Source: Patescibacteria group bacterium
GTDB lineage: Bacteria > Patescibacteriota > Minisyncoccia > Minisyncoccales > GWA2-38-27
Length of the DNA: 64,000 nt
Direction of reading: 5' to 3'
Assembly: GCA_020148045.1 (NCBI GenBank)
Contig: JAHCRG010000016.1
Location: 68-64,067 of the forward strand
The notes under the pieces were generated by a model that ran no database searches, was not told the DNA's origin, and saw only the letters and a list, made by a program, of their open reading frames with translations. Shown here one piece after another: positions 35,826 through 45,128 of this stretch (the first letter of the stretch is position 1; each line of letters starts with the position of its first letter). Both the position numbers and the translations under genes were made by a program.

Positions 35826-37855
35826 TTTTCAATCATTAAGCATTTCGTTTTGTTCTTAATGGGTATTTTCTGATAAATTTCTTCTGTTATAAATGGAATA
35901 AATGGATGTAAAAGTTTTAAAGAAGATGATAGAACATAAAGTAAAATCTTTTGAGTTTTTTTATTATCTTGCTTTTTAGATGCTTCAATATATACATCAC
36001 AAAAATCATGCCAAAAGAAATTATATAAAGTATGGGTTGCCTTCCCAAACCGAAAATTCTCCAAATCATTATTAACTGACTTTGTTGTTTTGTTTAACTG
36101 TTTTAAAATCCTTTTATCCGCAGAGGTTAAATTCTTCTCCTTGGGTTTAGAAATTAGAAATTCGAAATTAGAAATTCCGATTTGTCCCAAGACAAATCGG
36201 CTTGCATTCCATATTTTATTACAAAACTTTTTCCCCATTATCATATTATCTTTTACAAATCTCATATCTTGGCCTCCCATAATTTGGTAGGCAATTCCAA
36301 AACGAGTAGCGTCAGCGCCATAGTCATTGATAAGATTTATCGGGTCTACGCCGGTGCCAAGGGACTTTGACATTCTTTTTCCCTCTCTGGTTAGGATAGT
36401 GCTATGAATATAAACATCTTTAAATGGAATTTTTTCCATAAACTCTATTCCAGAAAAAATCATCCGGGCAACCCAAAGATTTATTATATCTCGAGCAGTA
36501 CTCAAAACATCGGTAGGATAAAAAGTTTTAAGGTCTTTAACCGAAGAGGGCCAGCCGAGCGTGGCAAAAGGCCAGAGAGCAGAGCTAAACCAAGTATCTA
36601 AGACATCTTTTTCTTCTTTTAAGGGAATCTTATGGCCCCACCAGATTTGGCGGGAAATACACCAATCTTTTATATTTTTCAGCCAATCAAAATATGGTTT
36701 TTCAAAACTTTTGGGATGAAATTTTATTTTACCCTCTTTTACTGGTTTTTCTGCCATTTTAGCTAATTTGTCCATTTTCAAAAACCATTGCTTAGAAAGA
36801 ATTGGTTCCAGAACAGTATTACATCTATAACAACGGGCAATATTATGGGTATATGGTTCTGTTTTCTCCAAAATTCCAATTTTTTTCATATCTTCTACAA
36901 TCTGCTTTCTCGCTTTCATCACCGTGAGCCCAGCATATTTTTCAGCCAGTTTTGTCATTCGTCCATCCGGACCGATTACTTGTTTTTTTTCAAGTTTGTA
37001 TTTTTCGCCTATTTCAAAATCATGAAGATCATGGGCAGGTGTTACCTTCATAGCGCCGGTACCAAAACTCATATCAACTGCTCTATCTCCAATAACCTTC
37101 ATTTTATTTTTACCTAAAACGGTTTGAATAACAATGGTTTTACCAATGTATTTTTTATATCTCGGGTCTTTCGGATTCACCGCCACGGCGGTGTCACCTA
37201 ATTTTGTTTCCGGCCTAACCGTAGCAATGGTAATAGGCCCGTATTTAATGTAATACATTTCAGCTGGTTCTTCTTTATATACAACCTCAAGGTCTGACAA
37301 ACTTGTGTAACATCTTGGACACCAATTAACAGCTCTTTTTCCCCGATAAATCCACCCCTTTTTATAATAATGTAAAAAGGCCTCTTTAACTGCAAGAGAA
37401 TAATCTTTATCCATAGTGAATCTGGTTTTGGACCAATCGCAAGAGCAGCCCAATTTTTTTAACTGGTCTAAAATAATATCTCCGTATTTATCTTTCCATT
37501 TCCATATTTCCTTGATGAATTTTTCTCGGCCCAAATCAAATCTGGTTAAGCCCTCTTTTTTAAGTTTTTTCTCAACTACGTTTTGGGTAGCAATTCCGGC
37601 GTGGTCTGTTCCAGGGAGCCAAAGGGCTTTAAATCCCTGCATTCTTTTCCAACGAATTAGAGTATCTTGAATAACTGCATTCAGAGCATGGCCCATATGA
37701 AGTCCGCCAGTAACATTTGGTGGAGGGATAACAATTGTATATGGCTTTTTGTGGCGTTTGGGAAGTTTATCTGGATTGAAAAAACCACTCTTAAGCCAGA
37801 GCTTATAGATTCTGTCTTCAACGTCTTTAGGACTATAAGTTTTAGATAGTTTCAT
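35810..37855 (-). CDS. valS: valine--tRNA ligase (short form)
   Basis: PPPNVTGGLHMGH (HIGH) and KMSKSLG motifs, plus the CP1 editing region. Confidence 0.95.
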   Translation of the reverse strand: MKLSKTYSPKDVEDRIYKLWLKSGFFNPDKLPKRHKKPYTIVIPPPNVTGGLHMGHALNAVIQDTLIRWKRMQGFKALWLPGTDHAGIATQNVVEKKLKKEGLTRFDLGREKFIKEIWKWKDKYGDIILDQLKKLGCSCDWSKTRFTMDKDYSLAVKEAFLHYYKKGWIYRGKRAVNWCPRCYTSLSDLEVVYKEEPAEMYYIKYGPITIATVRPETKLGDTAVAVNPKDPRYKKYIGKTIVIQTVLGKNKMKVIGDRAVDMSFGTGAMKVTPAHDLHDFEIGEKYKLEKKQVIGPDGRMTKLAEKYAGLTVMKARKQIVEDMKKIGILEKTEPYTHNIARCYRCNTVLEPILSKQWFLKMDKLAKMAEKPVKEGKIKFHPKSFEKPYFDWLKNIKDWCISRQIWWGHKIPLKEEKDVLDTWFSSALWPFATLGWPSSVKDLKTFYPTDVLSTARDIINLWVARMIFSGIEFMEKIPFKDVYIHSTILTREGKRMSKSLGTGVDPINLINDYGADATRFGIAYQIMGGQDMRFVKDNMIMGKKFCNKIWNASRFVLGQIGISNFEFLISKPKEKNLTSADKRILKQLNKTTKSVNNDLENFRFGKATHTLYNFFWHDFCDVYIEASKKQDNKKTQKILLYVLSSSLKLLHPFIPFITEEIYQKIPIKNKTKCLMIEKWPKS

Positions 37856-37866
37856 GTAGGTTCATT

Positions 37867-38919
37867 TTAACATATTTTTAAATTAGCATCAGCTTTAATT
37901 TTCTTCCAGGGTTTGCCCTTTCCTTTGAGCCAATTGAAATATCCTGCTATTCCTATCATTACTGCATTGTCAGTACAGAACTTAAAACTTGGAACCTGAA
38001 ACCTGAAACTTAATTTTTCTTTTTGAATTCTTCGTTGGAATTGCTTACGGAGTTCTTTATTGGCTGAAACGCCGCCCCCTAAAATTATGCTTTCCGCTTT
38101 ATAATCTTTTGCTGCTTTGATGGTTTTTTTAACCAGGACATCAATAATTGCTTGTTGAGTTTCTTTACACATTTCCCGAATATATTTCTTACTTTTTCTT
38201 ATCCTTTGGGGCTGGGTTTTAAAATTATACAAAACAGCAGTTTTCAGGCCAGAGAAACTAAAATCATAATTTTTCTGCTTTATCATCGGCCTCGGCAAAC
38301 TGACAGAGGACGGGCCTCTGTTCGTTCTGCTCGCTTCAATGGCGATAGCTGGTCCTCCGGGATATTCAAGGCCTAAAATCTTAGCTACTTTGTCAAAACA
38401 TTCTCCTGCCGCGTCATCCCTTGTTTCTCCAAGAATTTTGTATTTCCCAAAATCTTTCATTAATATCAATTGCGTATGCCCCCCGCTTACCACTAAACAA
38501 ATCGCCGGAAATAACTGTTCTTTGTTCTTTGTTTTTTGTTCTTTGATGAAGTTGGCAAAGATGTGCGCTTCAATATGGTTAACTGGTACAATCGGCAAAT
38601 TCCAGAAATTCGCCAGGGCTTTGGCAAAGTTTACTCCTACCCACAAACAAGGCTCCAAGCCAGGCCCAACGGTTACTGTGATTAAATCAATTTTAGGGTT
38701 TTTTGCTTTCTTTAATGCTTTTTCCAACACAAGAGGCAGATTCTTTTGGTGTTCTCTTTTGGCTAGAGTAGGGTATACTCCTCCCCATTTTTTATGAATT
38801 TCTACTTGCGAAGAAACAATATTTGATAAAATATTAAAACGAGGACGTCTTTGTCCTTTTGCTTCTATAATTGCTACGCAAGTATCATCGCAGGATGTCT
38901 CTATTGATAAAATATTCAT
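37867..38919 (-). CDS. tsaD: tRNA N6-adenosine threonylcarbamoyltransferase TsaD
   Basis: ILSIETSCDDT, VSGGHT, GGVSAN, CTDNAVMI motifs. Two in-frame heptamer-repeat tracts. Confidence 0.9.
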   Translation of the reverse strand: MNILSIETSCDDTCVAIIEAKGQRRPRFNILSNIVSSQVEIHKKWGGVYPTLAKREHQKNLPLVLEKALKKAKNPKIDLITVTVGPGLEPCLWVGVNFAKALANFWNLPIVPVNHIEAHIFANFIKEQKTKNKEQLFPAICLVVSGGHTQLILMKDFGKYKILGETRDDAAGECFDKVAKILGLEYPGGPAIAIEASRTNRGPSSVSLPRPMIKQKNYDFSFSGLKTAVLYNFKTQPQRIRKSKKYIREMCKETQQAIIDVLVKKTIKAAKDYKAESIILGGGVSANKELRKQFQRRIQKEKLSFRFQVPSFKFCTDNAVMIGIAGYFNWLKGKGKPWKKIKADANLKIC

Positions 38920-38962
38920 ATTCCATTATCTTATCTAAAAACTTGATTTTTTTCAATTTTTA

Positions 38963-38971
38963 TGATAGAAT
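38963..38971 (+). promoter_or_regulatory. extended -10 element TGATAGAAT upstream of tRNA-Glu
   Basis: 12 nt separate the hexamer from tRNA nucleotide 1 (38984). Confidence 0.4.
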
Positions 38972-38983
38972 AAAAAATAAATT

Positions 38984-39055
38984 GGCCCCATCGTCTAGTG
39001 GTTAGGACATTTGATTTTCAATCAAAAAACCGGGTTTCGACTACCCGTGGGGCCG
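38984..39055 (+). tRNA. tRNA-Glu(UUC)
   Basis: Acceptor GGCCCCA/TGGGGCC, anticodon loop TTTTCAA, T-loop TTCGACT. Confidence 0.85.
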
Positions 39056-39091
39056 CAAAAATTAAAAATACCACAAAAAAGCCCAAAGGGC

Positions 39092-39119
39092 TTGACAAAA
39101 TATATAGGTATGCTATAAT
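39092..39119 (+). promoter_or_regulatory. near-consensus sigma70-type promoter
   Basis: TTGACA (39092-39097), 16-nt spacer ending in TGC, TATAAT (39114-39119). Upstream of the gene at 39188. Confidence 0.7.
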
Positions 39120-39187
39120 ACAGGTGTACTTTGAAAATTAAACAATGGGTGTAAATGGTAACCTTTTAAAGAAAGAGAGGTAGTAAA

Positions 39188-39721
39188 ATGAAACGCTTAA
39201 TTTTGACAATCACAATAGGATTAGTACTGATTGGCATTAACACAGATGTGGCAAATGCACAAGTTAACTGGGGATACATTGCACGGAGTGAAGTGACACG
39301 TCATACCGGATGTTTTCCACGTATAGGTGGCGGCTATAATTTGTCGCGTCTAATACGTGGTGGGTTCGGTGGCCGCCGCTATTATGGCGGATATGGCTGT
39401 GGGCGTGATCGTACGCTCAGGAGAGTAGTAGGTTATGGCGGATTAGCAATGGATGTGCTTCAAATGCTAGACCAGAATTCAGCAAACAATCGAGTATTAA
39501 ACAGTCAGATATCAGCAACCAATCGAACGCTGACTATGGCTGAAAGAGAACAGCGGTTTAGGCATCAACAAATCAGAACCCGGAACAATAGGGTCTTGGT
39601 GAGAAAAGGGTCAATAGCCCAGGGAAACGAAGAACTTCGGAAAGAAGTAGAGAAGTTAAGGCTGGAAGTGGAGAAATTAAATCTCCAGCAAGAAATCAAG
39701 AAAGAAGCGGAAAAACAATAA
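39188..39721 (+). CDS. secreted Gly/Arg-rich protein with coiled-coil tail
   Basis: Signal peptide, GGYG/RR-rich middle, heptad-like E/K tail. Driven by a near-consensus promoter. Confidence 0.4.
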   Translation: MKRLILTITIGLVLIGINTDVANAQVNWGYIARSEVTRHTGCFPRIGGGYNLSRLIRGGFGGRRYYGGYGCGRDRTLRRVVGYGGLAMDVLQMLDQNSANNRVLNSQISATNRTLTMAEREQRFRHQQIRTRNNRVLVRKGSIAQGNEELRKEVEKLRLEVEKLNLQQEIKKEAEKQ

Positions 39722-39814
39722 CACATTACACCCGCAACACAAAGTACCAGGGCGATCCCAAAATATTGGATCGCCTCTTTTTTTTCTAAAAAAAGTGCTA
39801 TTATACAGGATATA

Positions 39815-41359
39815 ATGGAACAAAAAAATTACTATCTTAAAATTGGCAGAGCTACAGATTTAAAAAATCCAAGAGAGAGGTTTCTTTTTAGATTATTTGA
39901 AATTTTTCCCGGAGCCCTATCTTGGGGAATTTTATTTTTAGCTATTTTTCTTTCTTGGAAACAGCCCTTTTGGGTTGCTGTTTTTATTATAATTTTTGTA
40001 ATATTTTGGTTTTTCCGGACGATTTATTTTTCTTTACATCTTTGGTCAGGCTATAAAAAAATGGCAGAGCACGAAAAAATTAACTGGCTTGGAAAACTTA
40101 GTAAATTACTGGCTACAAAGAATTGGAAAACCCTTTATCATTTGATTGTTATTCCAATGTATGAAGAATCTTTAGAAATTGTTCGGGATACTTTTAAAAG
40201 TTTAGAGAATACGAATTATCCGAAAGATAAAATGATTATAGTTTTAGCTTGCGAGGAAAAGGTTAGGGGCTCTATAGAAAAGACAGTTAAAGAAATTGAA
40301 AAAGAATTTAGCTCAAAATTTTTTAAATTTTTAGTCACCTGGCATCCAGCTAATTTACCGGGCGAAATCGCAGGTAAGGGTTCAAATGAAACCTGGGCAA
40401 CTAAAAAAGCAAAAGAAGAGATTATTGACTCGCTGAAAATCCCTTATGAAAATATAATTTTTTCCTCTTTTGATGTTGATACCTGTGTTTTCCCAAAATA
40501 TTTTAGTTGTCTGACTTACCACTATTTAACTTCGGAAAAACCAACTAAAACCAGTTTTCAGCCAATCCCCCTTTTTGTCAATAATATCTGGCAAGCCCCG
40601 GCGATTTCCCGAGTTTTTTCTTTTTCCTCAAGCTTCTGGCATGCTATGAATCAGGAAAGGCCGGAAAAACTGGTAACCTTTTCCTCTCATTCAATGAGTT
40701 TTAAGGCATTAGTTGATGTTGATTTTAAGCAAACAAATGTTGTTTCAGACGACTCAAGAATTTTCTGGCAATGCTTTTTGAAACATAATGGAGATTACCG
40801 AGTTCAACCCTTATACTACCCAATTTCTATGGATGCTAATGTAGCGAAAAGTTTTTTTAGAACTTTGTTTAATATTTTTCGGCAGCAAAGAAGGTGGGCT
40901 TATGGAGTGGGGGATATCGCCTATTTTCTCTTTGGCTTTTATAAAAATAAAAAAATCCCTTTTCTTAAAAAACTTTCTTTGGGACTTGAATTGATTGAAG
41001 GGCATCTTTCTTGGGCTACTACTAGTATTATAATTTTTGTATTGGGTTGGCTTCCCCTAACTTTGGGAGGACCTGAGTTTTCTCACACCTTAATTTCTTA
41101 TAATTTACCAAAGATAATCAGCCGACTTATGACTTTAGCTATGATTGGTTTATTAAGTTCTATTTATTTGAGTTTTCTTTTGCTTCCGCCCAAACCTCCA
41201 GAGTATGGTCGCTTTAAGTATTTAGTTTTTATTTTTGGCTGGCTTCTATTCCCTATAATGATGATATTTTTTACTGCCCTTCCAGCTCTGGACGCCCAAA
41301 CCCGTTGGCTGCTGGGAAAATATATGGGCTTCTGGGTTACTGAAAAAGTTAGGAAGTAG
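39815..41359 (+). CDS. membrane-embedded processive GT2 glycosyltransferase (cellulose/chitin-synthase-like)
   Basis: N- and C-terminal TM bundles. FDVDT (DxD) and RQQRRWAYG (QxxRW) motifs. Confidence 0.6.
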   Translation: MEQKNYYLKIGRATDLKNPRERFLFRLFEIFPGALSWGILFLAIFLSWKQPFWVAVFIIIFVIFWFFRTIYFSLHLWSGYKKMAEHEKINWLGKLSKLLATKNWKTLYHLIVIPMYEESLEIVRDTFKSLENTNYPKDKMIIVLACEEKVRGSIEKTVKEIEKEFSSKFFKFLVTWHPANLPGEIAGKGSNETWATKKAKEEIIDSLKIPYENIIFSSFDVDTCVFPKYFSCLTYHYLTSEKPTKTSFQPIPLFVNNIWQAPAISRVFSFSSSFWHAMNQERPEKLVTFSSHSMSFKALVDVDFKQTNVVSDDSRIFWQCFLKHNGDYRVQPLYYPISMDANVAKSFFRTLFNIFRQQRRWAYGVGDIAYFLFGFYKNKKIPFLKKLSLGLELIEGHLSWATTSIIIFVLGWLPLTLGGPEFSHTLISYNLPKIISRLMTLAMIGLLSSIYLSFLLLPPKPPEYGRFKYLVFIFGWLLFPIMMIFFTALPALDAQTRWLLGKYMGFWVTEKVRK

Positions 41360-41412
41360 GCCAGGCCTACTTTTATTCTAAGAAACCAAAAAGTAAAAAA
41401 ATATCATGGGAT

Positions 41413-41535
41413 AAAAAAAAGAAACCCTAACACATGGGCACTCATGTATTGTTAGGGTTTTAAGAAGTACCTCTCCAGTCGGTTCTCGCGGCATTCAGGC
41501 CGCGACTGGAAGACCTGAGCACCGTATTTCTTTTG
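41413..41535 (-). ncRNA. candidate orphan small RNA (about 120 nt), class unknown
   Basis: Bounded by the near-consensus promoter at 41542-41569 and a stem-loop plus U8 terminator (stem 41421-41460, A-run 41413-41420 on the plus strand). GC-rich core helix CCAGTCGCGGC...GCCGCG...CGACTGG. No plausible ORF. Confidence 0.5.
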
Positions 41536-41541
41536 TATTCC

Positions 41542-41569
41542 ATTATAGCAAACTCCCAGAATTTGTCAA
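41542..41569 (-). promoter_or_regulatory. near-consensus sigma70-type promoter of the candidate sRNA
   Basis: Minus-strand reading: CTTGACA, 16-nt spacer ending TGC, TATAAT. Same architecture as the promoter at 39092. Confidence 0.65.
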
Positions 41570-41686
41570 GGTTTTTCATCTGAACTTCTTCTCTGATTTG
41601 AAAAAAATTCTGTAAGCACTACAGAAAACATATAGTACATCAGGATTCGTATCATTGGTATATCATTCGTATATTGATATCGCTGT

Positions 41687-43810
41687 TTATTCTAAGTGGA
41701 TGCGTTGGCGGAATCTTGATAATTTATCCTGCAGAAAAGGATATTTTTTTAATTGGGGGTCTTCTAATAGAATTTGTTTTGCTGATTCTCTGGTTTTTTC
41801 AACCAAAGATATATCTTTTAGAGAATTCATCATCAAATCAGGAATTCCCCATTGTCTGGTGCCGCTAAAGTCACCAGGCCCTCTGATTTCCAAGTCCTTT
41901 TCAGCTAAAGCAAATCCATCTTCAGAAGTAATTAAAGCTTTTAGGCGCTGGTGAGTTTTTTTGGCAGGCGAGTCAGTAAATAACAAACAATATGATTGAT
42001 AACCTGCTCTACCAACTCTTCCTCTAAACTGATGAAGTTGAGCTAAGCCAAAACGTTCTGCTCCCTCAATCATCATTACCGTAGCGTTAGGGACATCAAT
42101 TCCTACTTCAATTACTGAAGTTGAAACCAAGATATCAGTTTTTTTGTTTTTGAAATCCTTCATTATATTTTCTTTTTCTTTGGTTGCCATTTTTCCATGA
42201 AGCATTTCTACTTTTAAATCGGGGAAGATTTCTTTTGAAAGTTTTTCATATTCTTCTTTTACTGCTTTTACTTCTGACCAACCTAAAACGTCTGTTTCAT
42301 TTGCTTCCTTATTACCAGCCTCGATGCGAGGACAAATTACAAAAACCTGTCTTCCTTTTTTAACTTCTTTTTCGATAAACTCATGGGTTTTTTCTCTTTC
42401 TTTTGGGTTAATTACCTTGGTAATTATTTTTTTTCTGCCTTTTGGTAATTCATTAATTAAAGAAAGGTCCAGGTCGCCATAAACAGTTAAAGCAAGAGTA
42501 CGGGGGATAGGAGTGGCAGTCATAGATAGAAGATGAGGCAAAATTTTAGCCTGTCCGTTCTGCTTGCAGAGGCGGGCTCGCTGCTCTACTCCAAAACGGT
42601 GCTGCTCGTCCAAAATAACCAGTCCCAATTTCCCGAATTTTACCTTGTCTTGGATTAAAGCGTGAGTGCCAATTAAAATATCCAGTTCGCCATTTATTGT
42701 TTTTTCTAATAATTTTTTTCGGGAAATCTCTATTACCTCGTTTTTTAATTTTTTTGAACGAAACTGGTCTTGTTTCCCGGTTAATAAACCAATATTTACT
42801 TTAAAATCTTTAAGGAGCTTAGCTACTTCCTGGAAGTGTTGCTTAGCTAAAATTTCAGTGGGAGCCATAAAAGCAGCTTGATATCCTTGCTTAATAGTAT
42901 TTAAAGCAGCCATTGCAGCAACAACAGTTTTTCCAGAACCAACGTCTCCTTCAAGAAGACGGTTCATTGGTATTGGCCTTTCCAAATCCTTTAAAATCTG
43001 CCAGGCAGATTTTTTCTGCGCGTCAGTTAGTTTAAATGACAATGACTTAACAAAATCCTGAATTGTTTCTAATTTAATTGGAAGAGAAACTGATTTTTCC
43101 TGATTAAGACGGTTTCTTTCTCTTAAAACAAAGAGCTGGATATAGAAAAGTTCTTCAAAAGAAAATCTCTCTTGGGCTTTTTGCGATAATTTTACAGAGC
43201 TCGGGAAATGAACCTCCCAAAGAGCTTTCTTAACTGGCATAAGATTATATTCTTTTATTATTTCTTTAGGCAGGGTTTCATTGATTTGATTTTCAAGATT
43301 GGTTAATAAAGGTTTTAGAATAAACCTGAGCCATCTTGAAGACAAGCCAGCTGTTTCCGGATAAACCGGAATGAGCCGGCCAGTATGAGTTAAATCAGAT
43401 GACAAATCTCCTTTTTCATAAATAGGGCTTGATAAATACACGCCGTTTTTTGATATTATTGCTTTTCCTGAAAGAAAAACATTATCTTCTTTTTTTAAAA
43501 CTCTGGTTAAATAGGGCTGGTTAAACCAGGTTACTTTTATTGCTCCGGTTTTGTCTTCTATAATTGCCTGGGTTAGAAACATTTTTCTCTTCCAGGTTTT
43601 GGCGGTTTTAATTTCCAGAATTTTTCCATAAACTGTACAAATTTCATTTATTTTTACTTTTGAAATAGGAATTAAATTAGAAAAATCCTCGTAGCGGCGA
43701 GGAAAATGAAAAAGCAAATCCTGAACTGTTTTAATGCCTAATTTCTTTAATTTCTTCTGAAAAACAGGCCCAATCCCAGAAATATTTTCAATAGGAGTAG
43801 AGAGAGTCAT
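41687..43810 (-). CDS. recG: ATP-dependent DNA helicase RecG
   Basis: Wedge domain, GDVGSGKT, DEQHRFG, TATPIPRT, QLHQFRGRVGR. Confidence 0.95.
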   Translation of the reverse strand: MTLSTPIENISGIGPVFQKKLKKLGIKTVQDLLFHFPRRYEDFSNLIPISKVKINEICTVYGKILEIKTAKTWKRKMFLTQAIIEDKTGAIKVTWFNQPYLTRVLKKEDNVFLSGKAIISKNGVYLSSPIYEKGDLSSDLTHTGRLIPVYPETAGLSSRWLRFILKPLLTNLENQINETLPKEIIKEYNLMPVKKALWEVHFPSSVKLSQKAQERFSFEELFYIQLFVLRERNRLNQEKSVSLPIKLETIQDFVKSLSFKLTDAQKKSAWQILKDLERPIPMNRLLEGDVGSGKTVVAAMAALNTIKQGYQAAFMAPTEILAKQHFQEVAKLLKDFKVNIGLLTGKQDQFRSKKLKNEVIEISRKKLLEKTINGELDILIGTHALIQDKVKFGKLGLVILDEQHRFGVEQRARLCKQNGQAKILPHLLSMTATPIPRTLALTVYGDLDLSLINELPKGRKKIITKVINPKEREKTHEFIEKEVKKGRQVFVICPRIEAGNKEANETDVLGWSEVKAVKEEYEKLSKEIFPDLKVEMLHGKMATKEKENIMKDFKNKKTDILVSTSVIEVGIDVPNATVMMIEGAERFGLAQLHQFRGRVGRAGYQSYCLLFTDSPAKKTHQRLKALITSEDGFALAEKDLEIRGPGDFSGTRQWGIPDLMMNSLKDISLVEKTRESAKQILLEDPQLKKYPFLQDKLSRFRQRIHLE

Positions 43811-43812
43811 TG

Positions 43813-43885
43813 TGCGCCTAGTAGGAATCGAACCTACGACCTCGAAGTCCGCAACTTCGCGCTCTATCCACTGAGCTACAGGCGC
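43813..43885 (-). tRNA. tRNA-Arg(GCG)
   Basis: Acceptor GCGCCTG/TAGGCGC, anticodon stem CGAAG/CTTCG, loop TTGCGGA, T-loop TTCGATT. Confidence 0.8.
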
Positions 43886-43946
43886 ATTTACTTTTTTAAT
43901 TTATCATAAAATTTCCCAAAAATCAATTGACGCCGACAGATTTATT

Positions 43947-43955
43947 TGATAAAAT
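43947..43955 (+). promoter_or_regulatory. extended -10 element TGATAAAAT upstream of tRNA-Ser(GCU)
   Basis: 8 nt separate the hexamer from tRNA nucleotide 1 (43964). Confidence 0.4.
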
Positions 43956-43963
43956 AAAGATAC

Positions 43964-44054
43964 GGAGAGGTGCCTGAGTGGTTGAAAGGGGAAGTTTGCT
44001 AAACTTCTATAGGGTGTAATAGCCTTATCGAGGGTTCGAATCCCTCCCTCTCCG
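43964..44054 (+). tRNA. tRNA-Ser(GCU)
   Basis: Acceptor GGAGAGG/CCTCTCC, anticodon loop TTGCTAA, long variable arm, T-loop TTCGAAT. Confidence 0.85.
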
Positions 44055-44059
44055 CATAA

Positions 44060-44146
44060 GGCGGGATGCTGGAGTCTGGTTTAACAGGGCTGTCTTGAAA
44101 ACAGTTGTACCGAAAGGTACCGTAGGTTCGAATCCTACTCCCGCCG
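44060..44146 (+). tRNA. tRNA-Ser(UGA)
   Basis: Acceptor GGCGGGA/TCCCGCC, anticodon loop CTTGAAA, long variable arm, T-loop TTCGAAT. Confidence 0.85.
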
Positions 44147-44222
44147 CAGATGTTGCATGTTTGCCACTTCTGAAGTTGGATAGATGCAACCCCTGATTCA
44201 TCTCTAACGAATCAAAAAATTT

Positions 44223-44639
44223 ATGAAAATATATTTTGCAGGATCAATTCGTGCTGGAAGAGAAGATCAAAATACCTATTTTAAAATAATTGAATATCTT
44301 AAAAAATACGGACAGGTTTTGACCGAACATATTGGAGAGAAAAATTTAACTGATTTAGGAGAGAAAGATATATCTGAAGAAGAAATTTATGAAAGGGATC
44401 TGTCTTGGCTTAAGGAGGCAGATGTTTTTGTTGCAGAAATTTCAACCCCTTCTCTTGGTGTTGGTTATGAGATAGCAAAAGTTGAAGAATGGGGGAAAAG
44501 AATTTTGTGTCTTTGTAGGAAACCAGAAGACGGGAAGAAAATATCTTCTATGATGAAAGGAAATAAGAACATAATATTGAAAGAGTATAATGATTTAGAT
44601 GAAGCATTTCAATGTATTAATGATTTTCTAAAACAATAG
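44223..44639 (+). CDS. nucleoside 2-deoxyribosyltransferase-like / DNPH1-like protein
   Basis: MKIYFAGSIRAG start and ...E.S.PSLGVGYE pattern of the DNPH1/Rcl family. Confidence 0.65.
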   Translation: MKIYFAGSIRAGREDQNTYFKIIEYLKKYGQVLTEHIGEKNLTDLGEKDISEEEIYERDLSWLKEADVFVAEISTPSLGVGYEIAKVEEWGKRILCLCRKPEDGKKISSMMKGNKNIILKEYNDLDEAFQCINDFLKQ

Positions 44640-44702
44640 ACCTTGTCTAGATTCGAACGTTGTCCAAGAGAGATACTGATCGGGTTTTTTTTAAAATATT
44701 TT

Positions 44703-45128
44703 ATGGCAGAGAAATATGAAAAATTTCATATAGGAATAAATGTTTTTGTTGTAAGAAACAAAAAGTTATTATTAGGAAAAAGAAAAAATGTATACGGTGC
44801 AGGGACCTGGGGTTTACCAGGTGGTCATTTGGAATACGGAGAAAGTATGAGGGGAGCTGCTGCTCGGGAGCTGGAAGAGGAGGTAGGGTTAGAAGCACGT
44901 GAATTTAAATTCGCAGGACTTATAAACGATGTACGTAAAGACGAACATTACCTCCAAGTAGGGTTCTTAGCCAAAGATATGGAAGATAAAGAACCTATAT
45001 TAAATGAGCCCGAAAGATGTTACGAATGGAAATGGTTTGATTTGGATAATCTACCAGAAAAAATTTTCCCCGGACATATTAAACAAATTCAGATTTTTAA
45101 GAAGGAAAGTTATTTTTCGGATAAATAG
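44703..45128 (+). CDS. NUDIX hydrolase
   Basis: Nudix box GLPGGHLEYGESMRGAAARELEEEVGL. Start moved to ATG 44703. Confidence 0.85.
   Translation: MAEKYEKFHIGINVFVVRNKKLLLGKRKNVYGAGTWGLPGGHLEYGESMRGAAARELEEEVGLEAREFKFAGLINDVRKDEHYLQVGFLAKDMEDKEPILNEPERCYEWKWFDLDNLPEKIFPGHIKQIQIFKKESYFSDK

Noticed and set aside
36177-36200. Perfect 10-bp palindrome CCGATTTGTC-CCAA-GACAAATCGG inside valS
   Set aside because: It encodes the conserved RFVLGQIG segment of ValRS. A functional RNA or DNA role cannot be separated from coding constraint using one sequence. It is mentioned only because it adjoins the heptamer tract.
41413-41535. Could the candidate sRNA be SRP RNA, 6S RNA, tmRNA or RNase P RNA?
   Set aside because: By eye I found none of the diagnostic motifs (SRP GGAA tetraloop with AGCA loop, RNase P GAGGAAAGUCC, tmRNA tRNA-like ends), and the size is wrong for three of the four. 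It is left as unknown class, and a covariance-model search is still needed.
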